DNA of 39,526 bases from Campylobacterales bacterium (GTDB taxonomy: Bacteria > Campylobacterota > Campylobacteria > Campylobacterales > Sulfurimonadaceae), in assembly GCA_024277395.1 (NCBI GenBank), contig JAJRVF010000101.1, positions 1-39,526 of the forward strand. The letters run 5' to 3'. The position numbers and the translations under genes are program-made. Shown piece by piece: positions 36,103-39,526 of the stretch (the stretch's first letter is position 1; each line of letters begins with the position of its first letter). The notes under the pieces are model-generated. The model had not been told where the DNA came from and made no database searches. It was given only the letters and a program-made list of their open reading frames with translations.

Positions 36103-36627
36103 GTGAAGCGATCTGAACCTATCGATGAGGCAATAATACTGGATCCGAAACGCTACTTGGTGAGTGAAACGGATGCTGAGGGTGTAATAACCTACTGCAA
36201 TAACTATTTTCAAGAAGTATCGGGCTATAGTGATGTCGAATTGTTAGGGCAGCCGCATAGCATTATTCGCCATCCTGATATGCCAAAATTGGTTTTTAAA
36301 CTTCTGTGGCAGAGTATTCAAAGTGGTGAAAATATTAATGCTGTGGTGAAAAATCTGGCAAAAGACGGACGCTACTATTGGGTCTTTACGGAGTTTCATA
36401 TTAAAAAAGATGCTGATAGCGGGAAAATTATTGGTTATATGGCATCACGAAAAGCAGTCTCGAAACATATTGTTGCGGTAATATCACTGCTTTATGGGAA
36501 TTTGCTGCGTATTGAGCAAAATGAGGGCATGGAGGCGGCACATGGGTATTTGAATGCTTTTTTAAAAGAGAAGGGCGAGACAATCACCTTTGCCAATATT
36601 ATGGAAAATATTCATAAATTTTACTAG
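36103..36627 (+). CDS. Stand-alone Aer-like PAS domain protein (CetB-like)
   Basis: VSETDAEGVITYCNNYFQEVSGYSDVELLGQPHSIIRHPDMPKLVFKLLWQSIQSGENINAVVKNLAKDGRYYWVFTEF closely parallels the Aer/CetB FAD-PAS domain. The GTG at 36103 is preceded by AAAGGAG. The listed ORF starts at the GTG at 36088. Confidence 0.75.
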   Translation: MKRSEPIDEAIILDPKRYLVSETDAEGVITYCNNYFQEVSGYSDVELLGQPHSIIRHPDMPKLVFKLLWQSIQSGENINAVVKNLAKDGRYYWVFTEFHIKKDADSGKIIGYMASRKAVSKHIVAVISLLYGNLLRIEQNEGMEAAHGYLNAFLKEKGETITFANIMENIHKFY

Positions 36628-36639
36628 AAGGAGTCGTTG

Positions 36640-36972
36640 ATGTCGCAAAAACTCTATTGCATCGCATCGTTTCAACCTAAGAAAGGACATGAATATGAAT
36701 TGTTTGAAGTACTGCAGGCACTTGAGCCCAATTCCCTTCGTGAAGCAGGATGTCTTCAGTATATTGTGACGCGCCACATCAAGAACCCTTTTGCAACAGG
36801 CACAAGCTATCCTATTGTCTTTAATGAAATCTGGGAGAGTGTGCATGCCTTCGAAACACATTGTCAACGTCATGAGATTGTTGATTTTTTCGAACGTCAC
36901 TGTGTCGATGCGGCAGGCTTGGTCGAAGCATACAATGTCGCTGTCTATAGTGACGAATGGGAACAAGAGTAA
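36640..36972 (+). CDS. Antibiotic-biosynthesis-monooxygenase (ABM) domain protein, YgiN-like
   Basis: About 110 aa. LYCIASFQPKKGHEYELFEVLQALEPNSLREAGCLQY...FNEIWESVHAFETHCQ fits the ABM ferredoxin-like fold pattern. AAGGAG RBS. ATG at 36640; the listed TTG is at 36637. Confidence 0.6.
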   Translation: MSQKLYCIASFQPKKGHEYELFEVLQALEPNSLREAGCLQYIVTRHIKNPFATGTSYPIVFNEIWESVHAFETHCQRHEIVDFFERHCVDAAGLVEAYNVAVYSDEWEQE

Positions 36973-37033
36973 CATATTTACTAAAAAATGTTAGAGTAAG
37001 AGTGCTATTTACTACAGAAATGAAGGATTGTTT

Positions 37034-37810
37034 ATGAAAATAGTGATTGTTTTTATGCTGCTTGCTCTTACGCTTATTGCCTCTTCAGAGCGAAAAATTA
37101 TTGTTGGTTCGTATACAACCGAAAAACGGGCAGTGCAGGCTTTGAAAACGTTTCAAACGAAGCTGGATGCACCATTTTTTGCGGCGCAACAACGTTTGGG
37201 TTTTCGAGTTGTTGCACGACCGTCAGGAGATCAATACATTATTGCGTTAGAGCCGTTTCCTTCTTATAAAGAGGCAAAAAAAGTTAAAAAAATGTTACCC
37301 AAAAAGTACGCATCTGCATTTATTAACAAATATACGCCCCCTGCCGTATTACCGTTAGCAATAGCACGTGAAACCGCACAACAACAGAGTCAAGAAGCCG
37401 TCGTAGCAGATCAGCAGGATGTAAACAGCAGCAACATGACGGAAGCAAGTGCTCAAGAGGCTCTTGTAGAGAAAAAGGCAAGCAGAGTGATGCCATTACG
37501 AAGCGAGTCCAACATGACTGAGAGCAATGAAGCAAATGTTACAATTGAACCGGTTGTCGGCGAAGAGGTTCGGGAGCCTTCTAAATCCAAAGAAGCCTCT
37601 TTTATTATTGATGCGGTAACCATGAAGCTCATTGATGCTAAAAAGGCATACTATGCAATAGAAGGGCAAACCTATGGCATTATGAGTCCTTCGGGAAAAT
37701 TTGCATTTGCTGAAAAAGAAGTTGCTGAAGAATTTATTAAACAATACGGAGGAAGGGTGGTTGACTATGCCACTATGAAAGAGTTAGAGCAGACAGAACC
37801 AAAGCAGTAA
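37034..37810 (+). CDS. Secreted protein with an N-terminal SPOR-like domain, an acidic linker and a C-terminal NosL-like region
   Basis: Signal peptide MKIVIVFMLLALTLIASS, then a SPOR-like region KIIVGSYTTEKRAVQALKTFQ...YIIALEPFPSYKEAKKV. The C-terminus GKFAFAEKEVAEEFIKQYGGRVVDY resembles NosL but lacks an obvious Cu-binding Cys/Met motif. Confidence 0.4.
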   Translation: MKIVIVFMLLALTLIASSERKIIVGSYTTEKRAVQALKTFQTKLDAPFFAAQQRLGFRVVARPSGDQYIIALEPFPSYKEAKKVKKMLPKKYASAFINKYTPPAVLPLAIARETAQQQSQEAVVADQQDVNSSNMTEASAQEALVEKKASRVMPLRSESNMTESNEANVTIEPVVGEEVREPSKSKEASFIIDAVTMKLIDAKKAYYAIEGQTYGIMSPSGKFAFAEKEVAEEFIKQYGGRVVDYATMKELEQTEPKQ

Positions 37811-37812
37811 TT

Positions 37813-38400
37813 TTGACGCAGCCTACCCGGGAAAAAATTTTAGATGCTGTTTTTACACTGGTATATATCAAAGGGTACAACGGTACCAGTATGTCCATGA
37901 TACTTGAGGCATGTAATATTCCCAAGGGCTCGCTCTATCACTGTTTTGCATCGAAAAAAGCAATGGTTCTGGCTGTGCTTAAAGAACGCATTGCCCCGCG
38001 AATGGATCAATTTTATGATCTTGAACACCATTGCAATGACCATGAGATAGATACGCTTATTGCTGCTGTATTAAAAGTAGCAGATAAACAGGAGTTGTTG
38101 CAATACGGCTGTCCACTCAATCGGCTCAATCAGGAAATGTCACCGGTCGATACCGATTTTTCCCATGAAATTAATATTATATATGAGAAGCTTAAATATA
38201 AAATCATACATCTTCTAAGCAACAGCAACTTGCAAAAAGATGTCAATATTGACTCCTTGAGTGAATATATTATTGCCACAGTCTGGGGTGCACTCTCATT
38301 GAGTCCACAGCAATCTTCCAAAGCACGTTATTTACAGACCGTTTCGCATCTTATTTCCTATCTAAATACGATAAAAAGTGATATAGACCATTCAGTCTAA
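37813..38400 (+). CDS. TetR/AcrR-family transcriptional regulator
   Basis: N-terminal helix-turn-helix REKILDAVFTLVYIKGYNGTSMSMILEACNIPKGSLYHCFASKKAM. TTG start 2 nt after the previous stop. Confidence 0.8.
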   Translation: MTQPTREKILDAVFTLVYIKGYNGTSMSMILEACNIPKGSLYHCFASKKAMVLAVLKERIAPRMDQFYDLEHHCNDHEIDTLIAAVLKVADKQELLQYGCPLNRLNQEMSPVDTDFSHEINIIYEKLKYKIIHLLSNSNLQKDVNIDSLSEYIIATVWGALSLSPQQSSKARYLQTVSHLISYLNTIKSDIDHSV

Positions 38401-38423
38401 TTTAAGAGCTTCTGCTGTACTAT

Positions 38424-38455
38424 GTAATAATTAGACCGGTTGGTCTAATTATTAC
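38424..38455. promoter_or_regulatory. 32-bp perfect palindrome: candidate TetR operator, or a stem-loop, between the tetR-family gene and the downstream gene
   Basis: GTAATAATTAGACC-ggtt-GGTCTAATTATTAC has 14-bp perfect arms and ends 2 nt before the AAGGAG RBS of the 38468 gene. Confidence 0.55.
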
Positions 38456-38467
38456 AAGGAGTCTGGA

Positions 38468-38995
38468 ATGTTTATTATTGAACCTCAAGGGCATGAGTGT
38501 GCCCCCAAAGAGTTACGTGGCGTCTATAAAATGATACAAAAAGAGTTGGGATTTGTACCACCGCACTTAGAGCTTTTCGCCACTATTGACAAGGCGGCGC
38601 TGATAGAATTTATAGCCTATCAGCAGTCCATGATACATCATCCTGCTATTGATGCGGCATTGCTTCCGTTTTTACGACTCTATATTGCACATAAAGAGCA
38701 GCGAACATATTGTCAGGTATTCAATGCAAAACTGCTGCGCTCCAAAAATATTAGTGAGACATTAATTGCCAATATTAACATAGAAGAGATTCCTGTTGCA
38801 AAAAAACAGCGCATATTAGCACAAGAGGTCGTGACAGCGCTGTATGATACCTCTGTATTTACAGTAGAAAACATAACCAAGTTAGAAGCATTGGGATTTA
38901 GCCACAACGATTTTTTTGATCTGCTTAGCTACTGCTGCAATTTTATAAGCAAGAGCAAGATGATTGAAATCTATTTAACCAAGAAATGTACATAG
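38468..38995 (+). CDS. Possible AhpD-like / carboxymuconolactone decarboxylase-family protein
   Basis: 175 aa with a strong AAGGAG RBS. The helical composition and the LELFA...LPFLRLYIAHKEQRTYC pattern are only loosely reminiscent of the CMD family. Confidence 0.3.
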   Translation: MFIIEPQGHECAPKELRGVYKMIQKELGFVPPHLELFATIDKAALIEFIAYQQSMIHHPAIDAALLPFLRLYIAHKEQRTYCQVFNAKLLRSKNISETLIANINIEEIPVAKKQRILAQEVVTALYDTSVFTVENITKLEALGFSHNDFFDLLSYCCNFISKSKMIEIYLTKKCT

Positions 38996-39024
38996 AGTAA
39001 AAAATGTTTAATTGCTAAAAATTA

Positions 39025-39033
39025 TGATATAAT
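39025..39033 (+). promoter_or_regulatory. Extended -10 box (TGATATAAT) upstream of the MCP gene
   Basis: TGATATAAT lies 35 nt upstream of the ATG at 39068. Confidence 0.4.
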
Positions 39034-39067
39034 GATTATTTTAAAATTGAATTCATAAGGATTTTAT

Positions 39068-39526
39068 ATGGGAATTTTTGGCAATGGTTCCAAAGAGCAG
39101 AGTAAAATAGAAGCGCTGGAGCGCAGAAATAGCGAACTTGAGGCAGAGATTGAGACGCTGATATCTCAGAAAAACCAACAAGAGTACTATGCCGCGCAAG
39201 AATCCAAGCATTCCAAAGACAAAGAAGAGGCTATACACAATGCCGTGAAACTATTGCTAGCGTCATATAAAAATGGTGTCTCTTTTACCATGACGATTAT
39301 GGCATCGGCAGTTGAGCAGCTCAATGAAGCAGAAGACCTGAACAATAAAACTTCTAGGCGAATTGACAGTGTTCAAAAGGAGAGTCAGAATATCAACAGT
39401 TCGATTGAGCAGATCACGCAAGAAACTGTTAACCTCGATAGTGGAGCCAATGCATTAAACGAAAGTGTCACCTCAATCGGCAATATTATTGACTTAATTA
39501 AAGATATATCGGATCAGACAAACTTA
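39068..39526 (+). CDS. Methyl-accepting chemotaxis protein without an N-terminal TM segment; 5' part only, runs off the right edge
   Basis: This ORF is not in the supplied track. ATG 39068 follows AAGGA and the frame is open to the window end. It begins MGIFGNGSKEQSKIEALERRNSELEAEIE... and ends ...SVTSIGNIIDLIKDISDQTNL, the start of the conserved MCP signalling hairpin. There is no hydrophobic segment in 153 aa. Confidence 0.75.
   Translation, partial: MGIFGNGSKEQSKIEALERRNSELEAEIETLISQKNQQEYYAAQESKHSKDKEEAIHNAVKLLLASYKNGVSFTMTIMASAVEQLNEAEDLNNKTSRRIDSVQKESQNINSSIEQITQETVNLDSGANALNESVTSIGNIIDLIKDISDQTNL

Noticed and set aside
1-39526. Search for CRISPR arrays, tRNA/rRNA genes, IS elements, integrases, prophage genes or known defence-system genes
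   Set aside because: Every intergenic gap is shorter than about 150 nt and none has a tRNA-like or spaced direct-repeat structure. No ORF shows transposase, integrase, phage or known defence-system motifs. The only dispersed repeat found is the short TACATGTA palindrome, reported separately.

Overview
This is a gene-dense chromosomal segment with about 47 CDS and almost no non-coding DNA. It most likely comes from a flagellated member of the Campylobacterota (epsilonproteobacteria). Three gene orders support this: flgI-flgJ-flgM-flgN-flgK as in Campylobacter jejuni Cj1462-Cj1466, cheV-cheA(Y)-cheW, and cbpA-hspR. A TGGAAC-N5-TTGC sigma54 promoter and TGnTATAAT extended -10 boxes fit the same group. 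Content is mainly housekeeping: heat shock (cbpA/hspR), envelope (murA, an LpxH-like enzyme, an Mla/Iam lipid transporter), flagellar and chemotaxis genes, a two-component system, surE/pcm, greA, argC and pepP. I found no rRNA, tRNA, CRISPR array, transposase, integrase or recognisable defence genes. The most unusual signal is at the DNA level. The palindrome TACATGTA occurs 14 times, and five of those copies are the perfect 12-mer TTTACATGTAAA. It lies in coding frames, at a stop codon and in promoters, and behaves like a highly iterated palindrome or uptake-sequence-like element. Two conserved genes each carry a single in-frame stop codon: an AmmeMemoRadiSam-type radical SAM enzyme and a DUF445 membrane protein. 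Other points of interest are an AT-rich three-gene cluster around a degenerate GGDEF-EAL protein, a His/Cys-rich repeat protein at the left edge, an orphan DppC-like permease coupled to flgK, and a 32-bp perfect palindrome after a TetR gene.
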